Notes under the pieces: generated by a model
Databases searched by the model: none
Seen by the model: only the letters and a program-made list of their open reading frames with translations
Told to the model about the DNA's origin: nothing
NCBI GenBank assembly: GCA_041596615.1
Contig: JBFHIG010000003.1
Coordinates: forward strand, 21,880 to 85,879
Length of the DNA: 64,000 bases
Reading direction: 5' to 3'
Source: Candidatus Moraniibacteriota bacterium
GTDB lineage: Bacteria; Patescibacteriota; Minisyncoccia; Moranbacterales; DUUL01
Translations under genes and position numbers: made by a program
Shown: piece by piece, positions 28,324-35,884 of the stretch
How the letters are laid out: every line of letters starts with the position of its first letter
Numbering within the stretch: position 1 is the stretch's first letter

Positions 28324-28354
28324 AAAATAAAAAGTCCGAGTTACAAACTCGGAC
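28324..28354 (-). terminator. Rho-independent terminator (second of two) downstream of the 85-aa ORF
   Basis: GTCCGAGT (28334-28341) pairs with ACTCGGAC (28347-28354). On the minus strand the stem is followed by TTTTTATTTT. Confidence 0.65.
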
Positions 28355-28360
28355 CAGCGC

Positions 28361-28412
28361 AAAAAACAAAATCTAAATCCTCATGCAAACTTTGTTCGCA
28401 TGAGGATTTTTT
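28361..28412. terminator. Bidirectional terminator hairpin
   Basis: AAATCCTCATGC (28375-28386) pairs with GCATGAGGATTT (28398-28409). T-runs flank the stem on both strands. Confidence 0.6.
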
Positions 28413-28450
28413 GGGCACTTTTCGCCAGGAGACTTTGCGAAAATTCAATT

Positions 28451-28708
28451 TTAAGGGGTTTTCCGTTTGAATTCCTTTAGAATCCCGCTTGCGTTAAAAA
28501 TGCCATAATCAGAAAGACTAGCCTCTGCTTGGCACTCTATGCATTTGTATACAACAAGCTCTGCATCGCTGGAATCAGCTTCTCTGTTTGTTTTGTTGGT
28601 GCTGTGTAAATTTCCATTTTCATGCATATGAAAAACTTTTAGCAGGAGTTCTGATCCGGGAGTATTTTTTGAAAAAGACATATACCAACTGTTAGTAGTT
28701 TTTTTCAT
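28451..28708 (-). CDS. Hypothetical small protein (85 aa)
   Basis: Intact ORF, divergent from nrdR and followed by two tandem terminators. It contains CIEC. No family recognised. Confidence 0.55.
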   Translation of the reverse strand: MKKTTNSWYMSFSKNTPGSELLLKVFHMHENGNLHSTNKTNREADSSDAELVVYKCIECQAEASLSDYGIFNASGILKEFKRKTP

Positions 28709-28895
28709 GTCATCTAGCCCCTTTGAAGGTTAATATTTCTTGTCGAAAAGCTCAGATACAGAGCAATTGGGATAATAAACACGATTACTGCCAGCTTTTC
28801 AATATAACAACTTAAAAATGTTATGTCAAAAGGAATTTAAGTGGTTTAAACTTTATTTATTTCATTCCAAAACAAACAAGATTCAATGTCAAGTG

Positions 28896-28924
28896 TTGAC
28901 ACTATCTTGGGCAGTGATTATAAT
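28896..28924 (+). promoter_or_regulatory. Consensus sigma70 promoter of nrdR-nrdD
   Basis: TTGACA (28896-28901), 17-nt spacer, TATAAT (28919-28924). Confidence 0.65.
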
Positions 28925-28951
28925 GTAGTAGTGCTAAGGGGTACTTGAATG

Positions 28952-28967
28952 ACACAATATATTGTGC
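28952..28967 (+). promoter_or_regulatory. NrdR box
   Basis: ACACAATATATTGTGC is a 16-bp near-perfect palindrome matching the NrdR-box consensus acaCwAtATaTwGtgt. It lies between the -10 element and the nrdR start. Confidence 0.6.
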
Positions 28968-29001
28968 TATTATGTAGAAAAGAGTTAAATAAAACAAAAT
29001 T

Positions 29002-29457
29002 ATGAAGTGTCCTTACTGTGGTCATAAAGAAACAAAAGTTGTTGATTCTCGAGAGATTGACGATGGGAAAACAATTAGAAGGAGGCGGGAATGTGAAAAC
29101 AAAAAGTGTAAATCACGGTTTTCCACATATGAACAGATAGAGATGTTGAATTTGATGGTAAGAAAGCGTGATGGAAGTAAAGAGGAATATAAAAGAGAGA
29201 AACTAGAAGAGTCCGTCAAGCGCGCTGCAAACAAAAGATTGGATGAACCTCAAATTTTACAAGTAATCTTCGTAGTTGAATCCGAAATCAGATCAAAAAA
29301 GGGTTGCGAAGTCAGTACTAAGGAGATTGGAGAAATTATACTAGAGCAGCTTAAGGGAAAAGATGAAGTTTCATATCTAAGATTTGCTTCAGTTTTCAAA
29401 TCATTTGGAACAGGAAAGAGATTTGTAAAAGAATTGAATAAGCTAGAGGAAAGATAA
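29002..29457 (+). CDS. nrdR: Transcriptional repressor NrdR
   Basis: 151 aa. N-terminal zinc ribbon MKCPYCGHKETKVVDSRE...CENKKC plus an ATP-cone. Confidence 0.93.
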   Translation: MKCPYCGHKETKVVDSREIDDGKTIRRRRECENKKCKSRFSTYEQIEMLNLMVRKRDGSKEEYKREKLEESVKRAANKRLDEPQILQVIFVVESEIRSKKGCEVSTKEIGEIILEQLKGKDEVSYLRFASVFKSFGTGKRFVKELNKLEER

Positions 29458-29550
29458 AAAAGGTAACTACAGTTAGTGAGTTTGTGGCCAAAACAAGCTA
29501 ACGATTAAAATATTTCTAATTAAATTAATTTTTGCAGGGGACAAACAAAA

Positions 29551-31677
29551 ATGAAAAAAAGGCAAAAAAAAGTAGTTGTGAGGAAAGCGGAAGTTAAGGA
29601 CGCTGAAAAAGAGAAGAAAGTTAAGAAAAAAGAGGTTGCATTAAAATTCAGTGAAGTTGTTAAGCGAGACGGTTCAGTTGTTAAGTTTTCAAGGAATAAA
29701 ATTACCGAAGCTGTTTATAAAGCTTTTAAAGAGGTCGGGGAAGGAAGTTTAGCCAAAGCAGAGATTGTTAGTGGAAAAGTTGCTAGAATGTTGAGTAAAA
29801 ACGCAAAACCTGGGTATATTCCAAATATTGAGGAAGTTCAGGATATGGTCGAGAGAATCTTAATGGTTTTGGACTTTGATGAAACAGCAAAGGCCTATAT
29901 TCTTTATAGGGATAAAAGGCGAAAGATTAGAGACACGGAAGCTTCTCTGGAAGAAGCAGTTGAGCTTGTGGACCAATATCTAGGGGAACTTGATTGGCAG
30001 GTGAAGGAAAATTCAAATATGGCATATTCTTTGCAGGGCTTAAATAATTACATTTCTTCGATTGTCAGTAGCAAATATTGGATGGAGAGAATTTATTCCA
30101 AGAAGATTAAAAGATCTCACGAGGAAGGAGATTTACACGTTCATGACTTGGATAAATTAGCTGCTTATTGTTGCGGATGGGATTTGCAAGATTTATTGAA
30201 CAGGGGATTCACAGGTGTTGAGGGAAAGATCTCTTGTAAGCCACCAAAGCATTTTCGAACTGCGCTTGGGCAATTGGTTAATTTCTTCTATACAACTCAA
30301 GGGGAAACTGCAGGAGCTCAAGCTTTCTCAAACATCGATACATTGTTAGCACCTTTTATTAGATATGATAAACTTGACTATAAGGCTGTTAAGCAGGCCG
30401 TCCAGGAGTTTGTTTTTAATTTGAATGTGCCAACTAGGGTTGGCTTTCAAACACCTTTTACAAATATTACTTTGGATTTAGAAGTTCCAAAAATGTTTCA
30501 AGATCAAAGTGTAGTACGAGGAGGAATGCTGATGGAGGATAAATATGGAGATTTCCAGAAAGAGATGGATATGTTTAACAAAGCATTTGCAGAAGTGATG
30601 AGTGAAGGCGATGCAAATGGAAGGGTGTTTACGTTTCCAATACCAACTTATAATATTTCAAAAACATTTGATTGGGACAATAGGAATTTGGATAAAGTTT
30701 GGGAGATGACAGCTAAGTACGGGATTCCATATTTTGCAAATTTTGTTAATTCAGATATGGATCCAGAAGATGCTCGTTCAATGTGTTGCCGACTAAGACT
30801 TGATAACAGAGAACTTAGAAAGCGAATGGGCGGATTATTTGGAGCAGCGCCATTGACAGGCTCAATCGGAGTTGTGACAATTAATCTTCCAAGAGTTGGG
30901 TATTTAGCAAAAGATAAGAAGGATTTCTATAAAAGGTTGGACGAGTTGATGGACATTTCAAGAGATAGTTTGGAAGTGAAAAGAAAAGTTATCGATAACT
31001 TTACTAAGAAAGGTTTGTACCCATATGCTAAATTCTATTTGGAGGCAACCTTGCAAAGAAAGGGAAGCTGTTGGGCAAATCACTTTTCAACAATCGGCCT
31101 TGTAGGAATGAATGAAGCGGTCGTGAATTTGATCGGAAAGTCAATAACAACAAAGGCTGGCGTGAAATTAGCAGAGGAGATCTTGGTTCATATGAGAGAA
31201 AAAATGATAAAATTCCAAGAAGAGACTGGAAATCTTTACAATCTAGAAGCTACTCCAGCAGAGGGAACAAGTTATCGACTTGCAATCAAAGATCAAAAAC
31301 GTTTTCCGAATATGATCTTTGCCAATGATTTAGCTGTCAAAAAAGGCGCGCAACCATATTACACAAATTCGTCTCAATTGCCCGTGGGATACACAGATGA
31401 CTTATTCGAGGCACTTGATCTGCAAGATAAATTACAAACCAAGTACACCGGAGGGACAGTGTTGCATGGATTTCTTGGAGAGCGAATTAATGATATCGAA
31501 ACAACGAAGAATCTTGTTAAAAAAATTGCCTCTAACTATGAAATGCCATACTTTACACTCTCACCAACATTCAGCGTTTGTCCGATTCACGGATATCTAA
31601 CGGGAGAACAGAAATCTTGTCCAAAGTGTGTTGTTAAATCAAAGATTTTTAAAAAAGCATCTTTTCATGAGAAGTAG
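29551..31677 (+). CDS. nrdD: Anaerobic ribonucleoside-triphosphate reductase, large fragment lacking the glycyl-radical loop
   Basis: 708 aa. N-terminal ATP-cone (VVKRDGSVVKFSRNKITEAV), catalytic-core motif MCCRLRLD, and the C-terminal end ...FSVCPIHGYLTGEQKSCPKC. TAG lies at 31675-31677, before any RxxGY radical motif. Confidence 0.92.
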   Translation: MKKRQKKVVVRKAEVKDAEKEKKVKKKEVALKFSEVVKRDGSVVKFSRNKITEAVYKAFKEVGEGSLAKAEIVSGKVARMLSKNAKPGYIPNIEEVQDMVERILMVLDFDETAKAYILYRDKRRKIRDTEASLEEAVELVDQYLGELDWQVKENSNMAYSLQGLNNYISSIVSSKYWMERIYSKKIKRSHEEGDLHVHDLDKLAAYCCGWDLQDLLNRGFTGVEGKISCKPPKHFRTALGQLVNFFYTTQGETAGAQAFSNIDTLLAPFIRYDKLDYKAVKQAVQEFVFNLNVPTRVGFQTPFTNITLDLEVPKMFQDQSVVRGGMLMEDKYGDFQKEMDMFNKAFAEVMSEGDANGRVFTFPIPTYNISKTFDWDNRNLDKVWEMTAKYGIPYFANFVNSDMDPEDARSMCCRLRLDNRELRKRMGGLFGAAPLTGSIGVVTINLPRVGYLAKDKKDFYKRLDELMDISRDSLEVKRKVIDNFTKKGLYPYAKFYLEATLQRKGSCWANHFSTIGLVGMNEAVVNLIGKSITTKAGVKLAEEILVHMREKMIKFQEETGNLYNLEATPAEGTSYRLAIKDQKRFPNMIFANDLAVKKGAQPYYTNSSQLPVGYTDDLFEALDLQDKLQTKYTGGTVLHGFLGERINDIETTKNLVKKIASNYEMPYFTLSPTFSVCPIHGYLTGEQKSCPKCVVKSKIFKKASFHEK

Positions 31678-31735
31678 GCTGATGATAAGCAAATTAAAGA
31701 AATTAAATATATTAATAAACCATAAAAATAAAAAA

Positions 31736-32014
31736 ATGGTAAAAATAACAAAAAAAGAGATGGGGGAAAAAGAATTAATTTGCCATGATTGTGGGAAAAA
31801 CCTACAGGAAGGCGATATGTGCGTCCCGTATGAAGTGGCGCAAAAAACTTTCTATAAATGCGATAAGTGTTTTGAGAAGGATGATTCTTTGAGAAACTTT
31901 CAGGAGACAGAAGTTTATTCCAGAATTGTTGGTTACATTAGACCTGTTAAGCAGTGGAATGTTGGTAAAACAGAGGAGTACATAGACAGGAAAGAATATT
32001 GTGTGAAGGCCTAG
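31736..32014 (+). CDS. Stand-alone NrdD C-terminal glycyl-radical domain with its own zinc ribbon (92 aa)
   Basis: EVYSRIVGYIRPVKQWNVGKTEEYIDRKEY matches the NrdD glycyl-radical motif and is preceded by CHDC...CDKC. It is in a different frame from nrdD. The start is uncertain: in-frame ATGs lie at 31667 (overlapping the nrdD stop), 31682, 31736 and 31760. Confidence 0.75.
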   Translation: MVKITKKEMGEKELICHDCGKNLQEGDMCVPYEVAQKTFYKCDKCFEKDDSLRNFQETEVYSRIVGYIRPVKQWNVGKTEEYIDRKEYCVKA

Positions 32015-32024
32015 TTGCATTGAG

Positions 32025-32061
32025 AGTATAGGCACAACAACTGTTGTGTCTATACTTTTTT
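32025..32061 (+). terminator. Rho-independent terminator
   Basis: A 14-bp stem (32025-32038 with 32043-32056, one G-U pair), loop AACT, then TTTTT. Confidence 0.65.
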
Positions 32062-32101
32062 AAATATTTAAAAAACAAGAAGGAATAAGAAGACAAAAAC
32101 A

Positions 32102-33202
32102 ATGAATGAGACACTAAAGAAAAGATTAGAAAAAATCAAAAAAACTTTCCATATCCAGTCTTTTGCGGCTGGAATTTTTGGAGTTTTTCTCTTGATTGGA
32201 GTTTTTGTGTTAATGTCGAGATTTGGAGCTATGGGTTCGTTATTTTCTGGCGCCATTGGATTTTCCAACAAAGGCTCTTTGGATGATGGAAAAGTTGCGG
32301 GCATCATGAAAGAGTTGGTAGAAAAGAATTTAACCAAAGAAGGGACCGAAGTTGACATTGAAAATGTTGATTTTAATAAGGCTCTGGGCCTCTATGAAGT
32401 TAAAATGAAGCTGGGAGGGGAGACTGATGTAACAGCCTTTTTGAGTGGTGATGGGAAGTATTTTATTAAAGAGGCCATGAACATAGATGAAATTAAGCAG
32501 AAGCGTGAGGAACAAGAAGTTGCTGCCGCAAAGGAGGTTGAGAGAAAAAGAAACATCAAGGTCGCAAAGACTCAAAAACCAGTTGTTGAAGTTTTTGTGA
32601 TGAGCCATTGTCCTTTCGGAACTCAGGTCCAAAAGGGAATTTTACCAGTCATGAAAACTCTTGGGGACAAAGCGGATATTAGTTTTAAATTCGTTGACTA
32701 TCTAATGCATGGAAAAAGCGAACTAGATGAGAATCTAAATCAATATTGCATCGGAAAAGAAGATACTGGGAAACAGCAAGCTTATCTATCATGTTTTTTG
32801 AGTAGTAATGATGGAAGTCCTGCTGATTCAAAAAAATGTATGCAAGAAATTGGAATTTCTGAGAGTAAAATCGCAAAATGTGTAGCGGAAACTGATAATA
32901 AATTCCTTATAAGCAAAAAATTCAACGATAAAACTACCTGGCAGGGTGGGCAGTACCCATTATTTGATTTGCAAAAAGAGGATAATGAGAAATATAAAGT
33001 GCAAGGCTCTCCAACATTGGTTATTAATGGAACAACGGTTGAGCCCAACAGAGATCCCGATAGTTTATTGAAGATGGTGTGTTCTGGTTTTGAAAATCAA
33101 CCAAAAGAATGTGAAGAAAGTCTTTCTACTCAAGTCCCGTCTCCAGGATTCGGAGCCGGAACTGCAACAGCAGCATCAAGCAATGGAGGGTGTGAAGAAT
33201 AA
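32102..33202 (+). CDS. Membrane-anchored extracytoplasmic thioredoxin-fold protein (DsbA/GILT-like) with a CPFG motif
   Basis: 366 aa. N-terminal TM (FAAGIFGVFLLIGVFVLM) and a thioredoxin-like VFVMSHCPFGTQ. The second Cys of the usual CxxC is Gly. There are several further Cys pairs. Confidence 0.6.
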   Translation: MNETLKKRLEKIKKTFHIQSFAAGIFGVFLLIGVFVLMSRFGAMGSLFSGAIGFSNKGSLDDGKVAGIMKELVEKNLTKEGTEVDIENVDFNKALGLYEVKMKLGGETDVTAFLSGDGKYFIKEAMNIDEIKQKREEQEVAAAKEVERKRNIKVAKTQKPVVEVFVMSHCPFGTQVQKGILPVMKTLGDKADISFKFVDYLMHGKSELDENLNQYCIGKEDTGKQQAYLSCFLSSNDGSPADSKKCMQEIGISESKIAKCVAETDNKFLISKKFNDKTTWQGGQYPLFDLQKEDNEKYKVQGSPTLVINGTTVEPNRDPDSLLKMVCSGFENQPKECEESLSTQVPSPGFGAGTATAASSNGGCEE

Positions 33203-33258
33203 CACTCATTTTTAGGGTGTAAATATTCATCTGATGACATTTGAAGTTAAAAATAGAA

Positions 33259-33298
33259 ACTACCTAAAAAAGAGCTGAAAAGCTCTTTTTTAGGTAGT
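33259..33298. terminator. Bidirectional terminator between convergent genes
   Basis: An 18-bp perfect stem, ACTACCTAAAAAAGAGCT (33259-33276) with AGCTCTTTTTTAGGTAGT (33281-33298), and loop GAAA. Confidence 0.75.
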
Positions 33299-33328
33299 GT
33301 TAAAAAGTTTCTTTGTTTTGCTTTGGAA

Positions 33329-35050
33329 TTATAATCCCAAAAAACTTCCTCGATCAATAATTTTGGAACTGTGAAAATTAACGGGCTGATTTTCAACAGT
33401 TGATCTTTTAGAATATAAGAGTTGGGTGTTTTTATCATAGATAAGATCTCTATCTTTAATTTCCCCATCTTCTTTCTGAACATTAACTATTTCAATATGA
33501 TCACGGACATCAATTCCAGATGATTTCACGGTGTCTCCGGTTGAAAAGAGAATGTTTTCATAATCTTCTATCCACTGAACATTGTACATTGGAGTTGATG
33601 ATCTTGTGATAAGAAAGTGATCGCCTTTTTTTCTAATTGGTTGAACATCCCAATCTCGCAGTATTGTATACCAGATTTCGTTATCGCTCCAGTATAGTAG
33701 CTTTTTTCCATCATCAGAGAACTGAATATCTTTAATTTCGCCAGCAAGCTCCTTGATTGAGATTTCACCCTTTTCTTTTTCATAATTAAAAAGAAAGAGT
33801 TTTTTATCTGGCGTGATAATAGCAACTCGATACTGGTCGTAAGTAATCATTTTGACAAAAGAGTCTTTGTCCGTGATTGCTAAAAGACTGGCTATTTGTT
33901 TTTTAGTGGAGACATCATTATTTTTAATTTCCCAAATTGAGTTATCAGTTAAATGAAAATAATAGATCCTATTTCCAGCAAAATCAAAGCCACCAACTTG
34001 TTTTTCTAGTAGAATTTTTTCTTCTGGTTTTTCTATATTGATATAGATAAGCTCGTGATTTTTAGTCAAAACAACAAGTTCGTTATTTTTATTAAACATC
34101 CACCTGACTTGCTTAAATTTAACCTCTTCTGAATTTAGATTTGAGGAGGAAATTGTAGGTTCTATGCCCTCTTCCAAGTCAATATTTTTGGTAGAGTCTT
34201 TTGTCGTAGTAGTTGAGGGATCTGTTTTCAGTGTCTTTTCTCTCGCCAGAGAGCTGCTGGTTGTTTTTGTCGTTTCAGAGGCTACAGGAGTGGTATCGAC
34301 CTCCTCAGTGAGATTTGTTGTGGGTGCTATGACCGAGCTATCGTTTTTGATGTCGGTTTTAAAGAGATCATCTAGAACAATGACATCCATTAAGTTTTCT
34401 CGATCTATTTTTGCTATTATAAAAGTTTTTTCTCCATCAGCGGACATAAATGGGATCAAAATGCTTTTGTTGTCGCTGCTCCACTCGACATTTTCTTTTT
34501 CATCTTGAGACAAAAAACTTAATTCAGTTGTTTCATAGATTGTTTTTAGTGAATTGTCTGTTGTGTTTAATAAAGAAACGGTCCTCGTGTTGTCTTTTTC
34601 AGAGAAGATTACAACTTCATTATGATTGCGAGGAGAGAGAAAAAATTGCTTTACATTTTCCACTGCAAAGTCATTTTTTTCTAAACTTTCCAAAGGGAAG
34701 AGCAGGATATTCCAAAACTCAGTAGAAATTCCAGAATGAACGTTGATGGTCTTACTCCAAGAAGTATATCCTTCCTTTTTGCAAGTTATGGTGTGCTTTC
34801 CGGGCCTAATTCCATTGATTGTGTATGACCCATTGATAACACTAAGGGTATTCTTCTTTTTTTCTTTCTTGTCTATATAGATAGTGGCATCCCGAGGGAC
34901 GCTTTTAATTGTAATGGAGCCACTGTGAACAAAAATATTATTTACAGTGTCAAAACGATAGCCTTGAGCAAAAAGGACAATAACAGGGGCTGTTAAGAAA
35001 AAAAGGATAACAAAAACAAGTAAATATAAACGTCTTTGGATGGCTGTCAT
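33329..35050 (-). CDS. PEGA-domain protein with a C-terminal beta-propeller-like region
   Basis: 573 aa. N-terminal TM, PEGA-like SVPRDATIYIDKK...GKHTITCKKEGYTSWSKTINV, a Thr/Ser-rich linker, and repeated beta-strand units. Confidence 0.7.
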   Translation of the reverse strand: MTAIQRRLYLLVFVILFFLTAPVIVLFAQGYRFDTVNNIFVHSGSITIKSVPRDATIYIDKKEKKKNTLSVINGSYTINGIRPGKHTITCKKEGYTSWSKTINVHSGISTEFWNILLFPLESLEKNDFAVENVKQFFLSPRNHNEVVIFSEKDNTRTVSLLNTTDNSLKTIYETTELSFLSQDEKENVEWSSDNKSILIPFMSADGEKTFIIAKIDRENLMDVIVLDDLFKTDIKNDSSVIAPTTNLTEEVDTTPVASETTKTTSSSLAREKTLKTDPSTTTTKDSTKNIDLEEGIEPTISSSNLNSEEVKFKQVRWMFNKNNELVVLTKNHELIYINIEKPEEKILLEKQVGGFDFAGNRIYYFHLTDNSIWEIKNNDVSTKKQIASLLAITDKDSFVKMITYDQYRVAIITPDKKLFLFNYEKEKGEISIKELAGEIKDIQFSDDGKKLLYWSDNEIWYTILRDWDVQPIRKKGDHFLITRSSTPMYNVQWIEDYENILFSTGDTVKSSGIDVRDHIEIVNVQKEDGEIKDRDLIYDKNTQLLYSKRSTVENQPVNFHSSKIIDRGSFLGL

Positions 35051-35283
35051 AAGTGTTGAGAGGAAATTAAAAAATAAATAAATGTATAAAAATCCAACAA
35101 AATTTTAGTGCCTAGAACAATGAATAAATTGAATTTCCTTGAACTGATTTATTAAAAAGCTCACCTCTTAAGTATACTTGAAAAAAATAGTTTCTCAAGC
35201 CCAATTTTAGTTGGATTTTAGGGGTTTGCGTTTTAGATTTTTCCAGATAAAGGTTAAACATAAACTCCAATAAGTAAAGCCTA

Positions 35284-35790
35284 ATGCTTTGTATTTGTCA
35301 AGGTTGTAAAAAAGCTTTACGTATGTTAGATTTAATTGAACATGGAGGGTGCCTAAAGGCAATAATTTTAGAGATAAAACATATGGAAAACAAAGAGAAT
35401 CAAGGAGAAGGCGAATTTAAGGGGATTGAGGAAAGTCTAGGGGATAAACAAAATGATGCGTTTGAGAGCGAGGATGTTGTTAAAAAAGAGAAGGAGGGCG
35501 TTTATCGCTATATTGATTTTAGAATAATTTCTTTGTTCATACTTGGTGTTTTGTTGGGTTTTTTTATTAAAACTCAGACAACAAAAACTATTGTTATCGG
35601 ATCTAATGATCCTAAGCTTGAGAAGACAAGAGGCGATTATATATTTTCTAAGTTAAGAAATGAAGAAGTTGTTTCAGATTCAATTGAAGACGCGGAAGTG
35701 GAAATTGACGAGTCTCAATTGGATGAACTGGAAGAGTCAACTGAAAATGTCGAAACAGAAGAAGTCCCAGAAGAACAAGTTAAAGAATAA
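35284..35790 (+). CDS. Hypothetical single-pass membrane protein with acidic termini
   Basis: Maximal ORF. The likely start is ATG 35383 (MENKENQ...). TM segment IISLFILGVLLGFFI and a Glu-rich C-terminus. Confidence 0.55.
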   Translation: MLCICQGCKKALRMLDLIEHGGCLKAIILEIKHMENKENQGEGEFKGIEESLGDKQNDAFESEDVVKKEKEGVYRYIDFRIISLFILGVLLGFFIKTQTTKTIVIGSNDPKLEKTRGDYIFSKLRNEEVVSDSIEDAEVEIDESQLDELEESTENVETEEVPEEQVKE

Positions 35791-35884
35791 TTTTGTTGTA
35801 GAATGAAGAGGTGATGATAAAAATAAAAATAGGAGGAGTTTGTAGCGGGGGATTATAAAACATTCAACAAGTAATTAAAAGAGT

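Noticed and set aside
28331-28356. AAAGTCCGAG, which resembles the RNase P RNA CR-I motif GAAAGUCCG.
   Set aside because: The motif is half of a simple hairpin (GTCCGAGT/ACTCGGAC) followed by a U-run on the minus strand, so it is a terminator. The gap is too short, and I saw none of the other conserved RNase P regions.
28258-28470. A plus-strand 70-aa ORF in the gap between the LigB-like gene and the 85-aa ORF.
   Set aside because: It runs straight through two terminator hairpins (28334-28354 and 28375-28409) that serve the minus-strand 85-aa gene. It has no SD and a composition unlike coding sequence.
31678-31735. A group I intron or intein separating the two NrdD parts (introns are known in phage nrdD).
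   Set aside because: Only 58 nt separate the stop from the ATG at 31736, and even the whole insertion of about 275 nt is mostly protein-like zinc-ribbon coding sequence. An intein would be in-frame with no stop. I could not recognise any intron core elements.
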